Assembly (NCBI GenBank): GCA_038851035.1
Contig: JAWCLH010000025.1
Coordinates: 198-32,197, forward strand
DNA: 32,000 nt
Source of the DNA: Thermoplasmata archaeon
Lineage (GTDB): Archaea; Thermoplasmatota; DTKX01; VGTL01
Reading direction: 5' to 3'
The notes below the pieces were generated by a model that made no database searches, was not told the DNA's origin, and saw only the letters and a list, made by a program, of their open reading frames with translations. The position numbers and the translations under genes are program-made. Within the stretch, counting starts at the first letter, position 1, and every line of letters starts with the position of its first letter. Below are positions 16,283 to 22,840 of the stretch, piece by piece.

Positions 16283-16891
16283 ATGAAGCCCCAGTTCAGA
16301 GTGCTTGGCATCGACGACGGGCCCTTCGCGTTCACCGACGAGAGGGCTGTGGTCGTCGGCGTCGTGGCGAGGAAGGGATACGTGGACGCCGTTCTGAGGA
16401 CGGACGTGGCCGTGGACGGCGACGACGCCACCTCCGTGCTAGCGGAGCTCGTTCTCGGCTCGGGCTACGCGGACCAGCTCGAGGCCGTCATGATTGATGG
16501 GGCATGTCTGGGCGGCTTCAATGTGGTTGATATCGAGGAGCTGCACAGGAGAACCTCCCTCCCTGTCATCACAGTCACGCGCGACAGGCCCGACATGGAG
16601 AAAATCAGGGAGGCTCTCGGGAAGCTCGGGACCTCGCCCGGCCGCGGCCGCAGGCGCGCCGCGAACTGGAGGGAGAGGCTCGAGAGGCTCGAGAGGACGA
16701 GGCTCGTCGAGGTGCGCACGGGGCACAGGCCCCTGTTCATCGGATTCGCGGGCGTCGGGGAGGCGGAGGCGAAGGGGCTCGTGCGCGCCTCTGTCGTCAG
16801 GGGCGCGCTCCCGGAGCCGCTCAGGCTTGCGCACATGATAGCGAGGGCCATCGCACGGGGGAGCTCGGGCCGGATGCACTCACGAACGTGA
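16283..16891 (+). CDS. UPF0215/DUF99 family protein (endonuclease V-like fold)
   Basis: VLGIDDGPF ... VVGVV ... VDGDDAT ... VMIDGACLGGFNVVDI ... LPVITVTR is the typical DUF99 pattern. ATG 16283 is preceded by GAGGGGGGAA and is preferred over GTG 16271. Confidence 0.75.
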   Translation: MKPQFRVLGIDDGPFAFTDERAVVVGVVARKGYVDAVLRTDVAVDGDDATSVLAELVLGSGYADQLEAVMIDGACLGGFNVVDIEELHRRTSLPVITVTRDRPDMEKIREALGKLGTSPGRGRRRAANWRERLERLERTRLVEVRTGHRPLFIGFAGVGEAEAKGLVRASVVRGALPEPLRLAHMIARAIARGSSGRMHSRT

Positions 16892-16919
16892 GGCAAAGCC
16901 CTGAACCCCCCTCCGGGCC

Positions 16920-17120
16920 GTGGAGGCTGCGAACGAGGTTCTCCCGGTCTCGAGGGTGGTGGCGAGGGCCTCCGGGATTTGGCTGGTCGAGCTCCGAAAG
17001 ACCAGACGGGATACCAGTCTGGCGGACGCGGTAATGCTCGCAACAGCGCGAGCCGAACGCGCGAGACTGCTCAGCGCGGACTCGTGTTTCCGGGTCCAGC
17101 ACGATGTCCCGGAGGATTGA
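16920..17120 (+). pseudogene. C-terminal fragment of a PIN-domain (VapC-like) nuclease
   Basis: ..VLPVSRVVARASGIWLVELRKTRRDTSLADAVMLATARAERARLLSADSCFRV.. matches the second half of PIN domains (DA.i.AtA ... LlT.D.dF). The N-terminal strand carrying the first catalytic Asp is absent, an in-frame stop lies at 16902-16904, and no antitoxin ORF is nearby. Confidence 0.4.
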
Positions 17121-17216
17121 GCCGCGGCCGGGCCTGAGGGGAAGGCACTGGCCGGGGTCCCGGACCCCTCTCATCCCCCAGCCGTCCCCTTCCCTTCGCC
17201 TCCCCTACCCTTCGCC

Positions 17217-17300
17217 TAAAATATTAATAGAAAATATAATAAAAATAATACAACTGAACTTGTAAAATAATTGTAATCTAAACATATATATCTCTTCCTA
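17217..17300 (+). promoter_or_regulatory. Strongly A/T-rich island containing a TATA-like box (ACATATATATC, 17282-17292) for the serpin gene
   Basis: About 85 nt are almost devoid of G/C, in an otherwise GC-rich locus. The TATA is centred about 30 nt upstream of ATG 17317. Confidence 0.5.
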
Positions 17301-17316
17301 TCCATAGCTCGCCGTC

Positions 17317-18600
17317 ATGAGCCTGAAAACCGCCCTCTTCGCCATCCTCGTCTGCGGAGTTCTTTTGACCGCCGGGGCGACCTATACCTTCCTGCGGCCG
17401 CAGGCCAGGACCGGAAAAGCGCCTGCGGGGCCCGCGGAGCCGGAAAATGACCTGCCCTCCCCGGCGAACCTGCAGGAGCTGGTCAACGCCAGCAACCGGT
17501 TCGCGCTGGAGCTATATGCCGGGCTGAGCAATGGCGGCGAAAACATCTTCTTCTCGCCATACAGCATCTTCACCGCGCTCGGGATGACCTATGAGGGGGC
17601 GCGGAACAGGACGGCGGAAGAGATTCGCGCCGTCCTCCACCTCCCCGCGGACAACCAGACCCGCTGGTCGCTCTTCAAAGCGCTCATCGAGCGCCTGAGC
17701 GCCGGGGGCGCGGGCTGCAACCTCTCCACCGCAAACGCGATGTGGATACAGCGGGACTTCAATATCCTAAGCGATTATGTGAACACGGTCCAGACCTACT
17801 ATAGGGCCAGCGCATTCAGCGTTGATTATGCCCGGGCCGCGGAGGAGGCGAGGCAGAGAATCAACTCGTGGGTCGAGGACCAGACCGGCGGCAGAATAAA
17901 GGATTTGATTCCTCAGGGCATCCTCAACCCGCTCACGCGCCTAGTCCTGACGAACGCGATCTACTTCAGGGGCGACTGGCTGAAGCGGTTCAACGAGTCC
18001 CTGACTGAGGAAAAGGACTTCCACCCCCGGCCGGGCGAGAGCGTCAGGGTCGATATGATGGCGCGGAAGGACGAGAAATCGGTCTTCAACTACACCTCCG
18101 TGGACGGCATCCAGATTCTCGAGATGCCCTACGCCGGCGGGAAACTATCCATGCTCGTCCTCCTACCCGGGCCGGGAGAGATGGAGGGGCTGGAGGCAAA
18201 GCTGAGCCCGCGGAAGCTGGAGGAGTGGAGGTCGAAGCTGAGGGAGCGGCGCGTCGACGTTTTCTTCCCAAAGTTCAGGCTCGAGAGGAGGTACTTCCTG
18301 AATGATAATCTTTCGAGAATGGGCATGCCGACCGCTTTCAGCATGGATTCGGACTTCTCTGGAATCGACGGCGCTCAGGACCTCTACATAGCAGCGGTGA
18401 TTCATCAGGCCTTCGTCTCCGTTGATGAGAGGGGAACGGAGGCCGCGGGGGCGACGGCGGTGGTCATCGAGTACAGGAACGCCCCCGTCGAGCCCGCGGT
18501 TCCCGTATTCAACGCCGACCACCCGTTCGTATTCATCATTCAGGACAGGGAGACCGGCAGCATCCTCTTCATGGGGAAGGTGGTTGACCCGACGAAGTGA
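17317..18600 (+). CDS. Serpin (serine protease inhibitor) with N-terminal signal/anchor; predicted P1 = Arg
   Basis: FFSPYSIFTALGMTYEGA, NAIYFRGDW and the hinge/reactive-centre loop ERGTEAAGATAVVIEYR-NAPVEP followed by FNADHPFVFIIQD..G.ILFMGKVVDP. Counting from hinge Gly P15 places Arg (codon 18475-18477) at P1. Confidence 0.9.
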   Translation: MSLKTALFAILVCGVLLTAGATYTFLRPQARTGKAPAGPAEPENDLPSPANLQELVNASNRFALELYAGLSNGGENIFFSPYSIFTALGMTYEGARNRTAEEIRAVLHLPADNQTRWSLFKALIERLSAGGAGCNLSTANAMWIQRDFNILSDYVNTVQTYYRASAFSVDYARAAEEARQRINSWVEDQTGGRIKDLIPQGILNPLTRLVLTNAIYFRGDWLKRFNESLTEEKDFHPRPGESVRVDMMARKDEKSVFNYTSVDGIQILEMPYAGGKLSMLVLLPGPGEMEGLEAKLSPRKLEEWRSKLRERRVDVFFPKFRLERRYFLNDNLSRMGMPTAFSMDSDFSGIDGAQDLYIAAVIHQAFVSVDERGTEAAGATAVVIEYRNAPVEPAVPVFNADHPFVFIIQDRETGSILFMGKVVDPTK

Positions 18601-18689
18601 CGCCCTCCTCCACTCCCCGCCCTGCGGGACAGGTCCCCCATCTGCTCTCCCGGAATTCTCTTGCGATGGAACTCCAGATTTCCGGTCTT

Positions 18690-19013
18690 CTACAATTTCC
18701 CTTCCCTTGCCCTCTTCTGAAGCTTTTTCGCGCGCTCCTTCGCCGTGAAGCCGGTGGCGCGCTCGAGGAAGGCGTTGTAGGCCTTTATCGTGCTCGAGGC
18801 GACGTCGGGCGGGACGGAGGGGTTCATTTTCGTCTCGACCTTCAGCACACCCCCACCGTCCCAGACCACCGTCAGCCTCTCAATGGCCCCGTAGCTCGAG
18901 ACCAGGGCCCCGCCCTCCTTGGTCACATTGCCGAAGGCCTCCTGCATCATCGCCCTCAGCCCCCCGGCCTCGAGATTCTTCTGGTGCCCACGCCGAATCT
19001 CGTAGTCCTGCAT
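18690..19013 (-). CDS. Small conserved-looking hypothetical protein (107 aa) with Lys/Arg-rich C-terminal tail
   Basis: MQDYEIRRGH...TIKAYNAFLERATGFTAKERAKKLQKRAREGKL has a globular-looking composition and clear G/C preference at third codon positions. A TATA-like AGATATTTCT on the minus strand lies about 36 nt upstream. The track ORF extends to 19547, but that extension is repeat-derived (see the rejected list). The family is not recognised with certainty. Confidence 0.55.
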   Translation of the reverse strand: MQDYEIRRGHQKNLEAGGLRAMMQEAFGNVTKEGGALVSSYGAIERLTVVWDGGGVLKVETKMNPSVPPDVASSTIKAYNAFLERATGFTAKERAKKLQKRAREGKL

Positions 19014-19131
19014 CCGCGCACCGGCGGTGAATCTCCGCTCCCGTAGAAATATCTGTCGCGGCGGGCGGCCGGAGGACTGGCTCCGCGGGCGGGCAGAAGG
19101 GACGGGGGGCGGCGGCCGGGACGGCGGGCGC

Positions 19132-19265
19132 GCGTGGAGGCGGAGGGGGAAGAAGCAGACAGGTTCGCGGGTAGGCGGAGGAGAGAGCGGAGGGTTTGCG
19201 TGGAGGCGGAAGATGGAGCGGACAGGTTCGCGAGAAGGCGGGTGGGTGAAGATGGATATGGGGAT
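19132..19265. repeat. Two clear copies, plus about 2 degenerate copies extending to ~19380, of a 63-66 bp direct repeat in a purine-rich spacer
   Basis: GCGTGGAGGCGGA occurs at 19132-19144 and 19198-19210. GACAGGTTCGCG occurs at 19158-19169 and 19221-19232. Weaker GCGGA[AT]GG...TTC/GG units follow at about 19265 and about 19349. Confidence 0.75.
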
Positions 19266-19463
19266 GCGGAAGGAAAAGTTCACGGGCGGGTTGAGAGAGA
19301 GGCGGATGAGGATGTGGAAGTAATGGGGGAGAGTGGGGTGCAGGAGATTGCGGATGGGAAGGCGGAATTGGAATCGGCATGGCCCGCGGGGGCCTCGGGC
19401 GGCTCGTCCGGGCCCGCCCGCGCGACCGCAAACATTATTTTCCAGCAGATGTGAATAGGTGTC

Positions 19464-19631
19464 ATGAGCATTGTGGGGACCTGCCACCTCTGCGGCCGGC
19501 CGGCCATGCTCTCCTGCCCCCTTTGCGGGCGGGTTGTCTGCAACCAATGCCTTGACGCCGGCGGCAGGGTTTGCAGGATGTGCCGCAGGAAGCTGGATTC
19601 TCAGTTAAACTCCGACGACATAATGGGATGA
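19464..19631 (+). CDS. Small zinc-finger protein (55 aa, four CxxC pairs, HIT/cross-brace-like spacing); absent from the ORF track (<60 aa)
   Basis: My translation: MSIVGTCHLCGRPAMLSCPLCGRVVCNQCLDAGGRVCRMCRRKLDSQLNSDDIMG, ending in TGA at 19629-19631. The spacing is C-x2-C-x7-C-x2-C-x4-C-x2-C-x7-C-x2-C. TATA-like CATTATTTT (19433-19441) is centred about 27 nt upstream of the ATG, so a leaderless mRNA is predicted. Confidence 0.65.
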   Translation: MSIVGTCHLCGRPAMLSCPLCGRVVCNQCLDAGGRVCRMCRRKLDSQLNSDDIMG

Positions 19632-19700
19632 GGCTTGGAATCCGGCTGGACCATTGACGGCGCCAGAGCCCAAGCGTTTCCACGCGTGTGTCGGCGAGTG

Positions 19701-20924
19701 TTACACCGTTCTACGAAAGGGCCTGCGCCCCCCGCTGCTGTGGCGAGGAGCGCGCTGGGCCCTAGTGTCCGCTCTCAGGTCCCTATAGAGTCGCTCGGTG
19801 GCTCTTATGTGTCCCGGAAAGTCCTCTATGCTTCTCGATAGCTTTAGGCCGCCCGAGCCGATTCTGCGCGCCAGACCTTCGTCCCTGACAAGCTCGCGCA
19901 GCCGCCGCGCAAAGCCCTCCGTGTCCCCCGGCCTGACCACGGCCGCGCTCTCGCCATCGACAAGCCTCCCTCCGGCGACCTTGGCCGCGAGCTCATCACT
20001 GACGATAAGGCATGTCCCGCAGGCCAGAACCTCGCGGGCCAGAATCGGCGTGTGGGTCCGCACAGGGAAGCGGTGCTCGGGCATGACGACGCACCTCGCC
20101 GCCCGGATCAGCCCTGGCATCCTCCACGGCGGGACGAACCTTCTGGTTATTACTCGGGGACGGAGGCGCCTTGGAATTCTAAGGGCGCGCAGGCCGGCGG
20201 CGTCCGAGGAGACGATAAGAAGCCTGAACTCCTCCGGAATTTTGGCGGCCGCGGCCAGCAGCTCGGGAACCCCCTTCCCCCTCGTCAGCTTGCCAGCGTA
20301 GAGGAGCAATGGCACCCCCTCCGGTACGTCCAGCCTCTCGGGCCGCGCCCGCGGGCTGAAGGCGGAGGTGTCGACCGAGAGCGGGATCTCATGAATTCTT
20401 GAGGGCGCTGCCCCTAGCGCCTCCAACCGGGGTCTCGCGCCGGGCTGCGCGACCACCGCGTCGGCCGTACCGAGGAGCGCGGCGACGAGTGGCCTCAAGT
20501 GGGGGCTGCTCCCGAGCCTTACCAGGTCGCTCGCGGCGTGCCTCAGAACGAGGGGCAGCCCCGTGGCGAGCTTCGCCAGCGCGGCCGCAGCACCGTAGCT
20601 GATGAGGTACCACGCGTCCAGCACCTGCGCGCCCTCCGCCTCCTCGATTGCGGCCGAGGCGAGCTTCTCGCAGAATGGGTTCGACTCGGGAATCAGCTGG
20701 TGGTCCTGAAACGGGTCTGTATTCCTCACCCTGACCCCGCGGCCCTGATAGGAATCGATATCCGGGCCGTGCAGCTCCTCGCGGTGGCGGTCCTCGACCT
20801 CGAAGGCATTCGTCACGACGGTCACCCTGTGCCCCCTCGAGGCCAGCCCGCGCGCGAGCCAGTAGGTGCAGGATGATACGTACCCCTCGATGGGCGGGTA
20901 CTTGGAGACAAGAACGAGCTTCAT
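19701..20924 (-). CDS. GT-B fold glycosyltransferase (GT4-like)
   Basis: The N-terminus MKLVLVSKYPPIEGYVSSCTYWLARGLASRGHRVTVVT is typical of GT4 N-domains. The C-domain shows LLLYAGKLTRGKGV and ...VVMPEHRFPVRTHTPILAREVLACGTCLIVSDE (an E-x7-E-like region). Its ATG lies 7 nt after the stop of the upstream small ORF. Confidence 0.8.
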   Translation of the reverse strand: MKLVLVSKYPPIEGYVSSCTYWLARGLASRGHRVTVVTNAFEVEDRHREELHGPDIDSYQGRGVRVRNTDPFQDHQLIPESNPFCEKLASAAIEEAEGAQVLDAWYLISYGAAAALAKLATGLPLVLRHAASDLVRLGSSPHLRPLVAALLGTADAVVAQPGARPRLEALGAAPSRIHEIPLSVDTSAFSPRARPERLDVPEGVPLLLYAGKLTRGKGVPELLAAAAKIPEEFRLLIVSSDAAGLRALRIPRRLRPRVITRRFVPPWRMPGLIRAARCVVMPEHRFPVRTHTPILAREVLACGTCLIVSDELAAKVAGGRLVDGESAAVVRPGDTEGFARRLRELVRDEGLARRIGSGGLKLSRSIEDFPGHIRATERLYRDLRADTRAQRAPRHSSGGRRPFRRTV

Positions 20925-20931
20925 AGATGGC

Positions 20932-21135
20932 TCACGGGACGCAGCCTATGCAGCTCCCGCAGACGGTGGTGCACCCTCCACCGCAGCCCCCGCAGCCGCC
21001 GCCGCAGCCCCCGCAGCCACCGTCGCAGCCGCCGCAGCCGTGGTCGGCGCGGCGCGGGCCGCGCGCGCGCCGGGCGCGGCACCCTGCCCAGAAGGCGAAC
21101 CTGCGGAGCTCCCTCAGCTCTTCCTCAGTCGGCAA
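20932..21135 (-). CDS. Candidate precursor peptide: 67 codons, charged/Arg-rich N-terminal half and Cys/Gly-repeat C-terminal half
   Basis: (TTG)PTEEELRELRRFAFWAGCRARRARGPRRADH-GCGGCDGGCGGCGGGCGGCGGGCTTVCGSCIGCVP. The only start-type codon is TTG at 21135. It is preceded by GGAGGGTGGTG (GGAGG at 21146-21150, 10-nt spacing), overlaps the rSAM stop, and ends 7 nt before the GT start. All Cys codons are TGC, while Gly codons vary (GGC/GGT/GGG/GGA). The caveats are the non-ATG start and the low-complexity GC-rich DNA. Confidence 0.55.
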   Translation of the reverse strand: MPTEEELRELRRFAFWAGCRARRARGPRRADHGCGGCDGGCGGCGGGCGGCGGGCTTVCGSCIGCVP

Positions 21136-22213
21136 TTCCCACCACCCTCCAGCACTGCGGGTCCGCCGCCATTGGGTCCCCGGAGACCCCGTGGGCCACC
21201 GCCATGCAGCCCCGGCAGAACGGCAGCAGCCTGCATCGGGAGCACCTCCTCATCCTCTCGTAGGAGCGGAGGCTTCGATGCCCGTCGGAATAGATAAATA
21301 TTTCCCTGAGGCTGGCCCCGGGCACCTTCCCGATTATTACGGGCAGCCTCCGGCAGGACAGGACGGTCCCGTCGGCGAGGATTGTGAGAATTCTGTAGCC
21401 CACCGAGCACCCCGAGTATATCACGCCCCTCTCGCGTGGGAGCCGCGGGAGAAGGCCGAGCTCGTGGTAGAGGAGGGTCCAGAGGTTCTCCTTGCGGCCG
21501 AAGTGCGTCCCGCAGCCCTCCGCCCGGAGGCGCCTGTACTCCTCGAGGACCTGGAGGAGCAGCTCGCGGTACTCCTCCGGCGCCAGGAGCTGGTTTTTGA
21601 GCGCCCTCCCGCTCCCTGTCGGAACGAGGCGGGCGAAGTCGAAGACCCTGACGCCCTCGCTCGCACAGAGACGAATCACGGGTATAAGCTCGGCCGCGTT
21701 CAGGCGGCTGACGGTGAACATGACTACGGACGGAAGGTCCACAGCGTTCAGGATGCGTATCGCCCGAATAGCGTCCCTGAAGGCCCCCCTCCGGCCCCGC
21801 AAGGCGTCGTGGGTCCTCTCAAGCCCGTCGATGCTTATCTGGTACCTGACCACGCCGGCGTCCCTGAGCTCCCTCGCTTTCTTTTTCGTTAAAAGACGCG
21901 GGTTCCCCAGAATGCCGACCATCATGCCCATCGAACTGGCTCTCCTGCAAAGGTCCGTCAGGTCCTTCCTGAGCAGGGGGTCGCCGCCGCTGAAACTTAC
22001 CCTCCCCCTCACCCCCCAGGCCTCGAGGGTTTCTCCGAAGTCCTCCAGAACTCTCACGCACTCCTCGGGGCCGAGCTCGTTCCTGAGCTCCGATTCATAG
22101 GTTGGGGAATCGTGCATGTAGCAGTGCCTGCACCTCTCTCCGCATCTCGCGGTCAGGTGCCACTGGAGGACGAAGAGCCTCCTGTCCTGCGGGAGCTCAG
22201 TTGCCGGGGGCAT
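21125..22213 (-). CDS. Radical SAM enzyme with C-terminal SPASM domain (peptide/protein maturase-type)
   Basis: CGERCRHC (C24-x3-C28-x2-C31; 22121-22144), the GGDPLL SAM-binding motif, and the full 7-Cys SPASM pattern C269-x12-G-x4-C287 ... C324-x2-C327-x5-C333-x2-C336 ... C354 (21152-21409). It ends ..DPQCWRVVGIAD. Confidence 0.9.
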   Translation of the reverse strand: MPPATELPQDRRLFVLQWHLTARCGERCRHCYMHDSPTYESELRNELGPEECVRVLEDFGETLEAWGVRGRVSFSGGDPLLRKDLTDLCRRASSMGMMVGILGNPRLLTKKKARELRDAGVVRYQISIDGLERTHDALRGRRGAFRDAIRAIRILNAVDLPSVVMFTVSRLNAAELIPVIRLCASEGVRVFDFARLVPTGSGRALKNQLLAPEEYRELLLQVLEEYRRLRAEGCGTHFGRKENLWTLLYHELGLLPRLPRERGVIYSGCSVGYRILTILADGTVLSCRRLPVIIGKVPGASLREIFIYSDGHRSLRSYERMRRCSRCRLLPFCRGCMAVAHGVSGDPMAADPQCWRVVGIAD

Positions 22214-22718
22214 GGGACTGCAGCAGCCTCGCGGCCTCTGCCGGCTCGAGGTCTAGGGCCCTAGCGAAATAAGTCAGGGCCTTTCCGCGCGCGCGGTCGA
22301 GTTCCTCTCGCGAGACCTCATCCTCCATTCCTCTTAACACGGCCATGTAGAGCTCGATTCCGAGGTCGGAGAAATAGTAGGGCGCGTTCTCGGGGTCGAG
22401 CTCCGCGGCTTTTTTATAGCATTCCTCGGCCAGCTCCGTCTTTCCCTCGCGCAAGCAGAAAGCGCCGAGCTGGGTCTGGGTCATCGCCCTCTCGCCCGGC
22501 TCCTTCTGGAGTTCTATAGCCTTCTGATAGCTCGCCACTATCTCTCCCGCCTCAATGTCAGGCAAAGCCGCGGCAGCCTCCGCCTTCCCCAGATAGGCCT
22601 CGGCGTTGGAGGGGTCGAGCTTTATCGCGCGGTTGAAGCGTGACAGGGCCCCCTTGTAGTCCCCCGCGGCCAGAAGCCTCTGGCCCGCGGCCACCTCCTT
22701 CGACGCGTCCTCGGGCAT
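22197..22718 (-). CDS. Tetratricopeptide-repeat (TPR) protein
   Basis: GDYKGALSRFNRAIKLDPSNAEAYLGKAEA and AEECYKKAAELDPENAPYY are TPR consensus stretches. ATG 22718, preceded by GGAGCGAGG, is preferred. The track start at 22949 would cross the A/T-rich divergent promoter region. The stop overlaps the rSAM start by 17 nt. Confidence 0.7.
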   Translation of the reverse strand: MPEDASKEVAAGQRLLAAGDYKGALSRFNRAIKLDPSNAEAYLGKAEAAAALPDIEAGEIVASYQKAIELQKEPGERAMTQTQLGAFCLREGKTELAEECYKKAAELDPENAPYYFSDLGIELYMAVLRGMEDEVSREELDRARGKALTYFARALDLEPAEAARLLQSHAPGN

Positions 22719-22744
22719 CCTCGCTCCCCGGGGGAGCCAATCGT

Positions 22745-22840
22745 GGACCACGATATTAATCTTGTTCTCTTCCGTCCACGCCCCACTACCCTTCGAAAAT
22801 AATAAATGCTCACTGGAGGATGAGGCATTGAGGAATAAAT
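22745..22840. promoter_or_regulatory. A/T-rich divergent promoter region
   Basis: TTAATAT on the minus strand (22754-22760) lies about 38 nt upstream of ATG 22718. AAAATAATAAAT on the plus strand (22796-22807) lies about 40 nt upstream of TTG 22841, with GAGG at 22830-22833. Confidence 0.45.

Noticed and set aside
19132-19380. Possible CRISPR array, because direct repeats with a ~65-bp period are present.
   Set aside because: Only two recognisable copies exist, with indels and mismatches. The supposed spacers are themselves related purine-rich sequence, and there are no cas genes. This is not a CRISPR array.
18690-19547. The 285-aa version of the small minus-strand gene, with a Pro-rich repeat N-terminus.
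   Set aside because: The extension is encoded by the pyrimidine-rich strand of the purine-rich repeat spacer, which cannot contain stop codons. It also overlaps the zinc-finger ORF and its promoter. A TATA-like box sits about 36 nt upstream of the internal ATG at 19013.
20927-21892. A 321-aa plus-strand ORF beginning with a PPQPPQPP repeat.
   Set aside because: It is the mirror image of the Cys/Gly repeat (GCAGCC versus GGCTGC), and the rest is antisense to the well-supported radical SAM gene. There are no protein-like features beyond the repeat.
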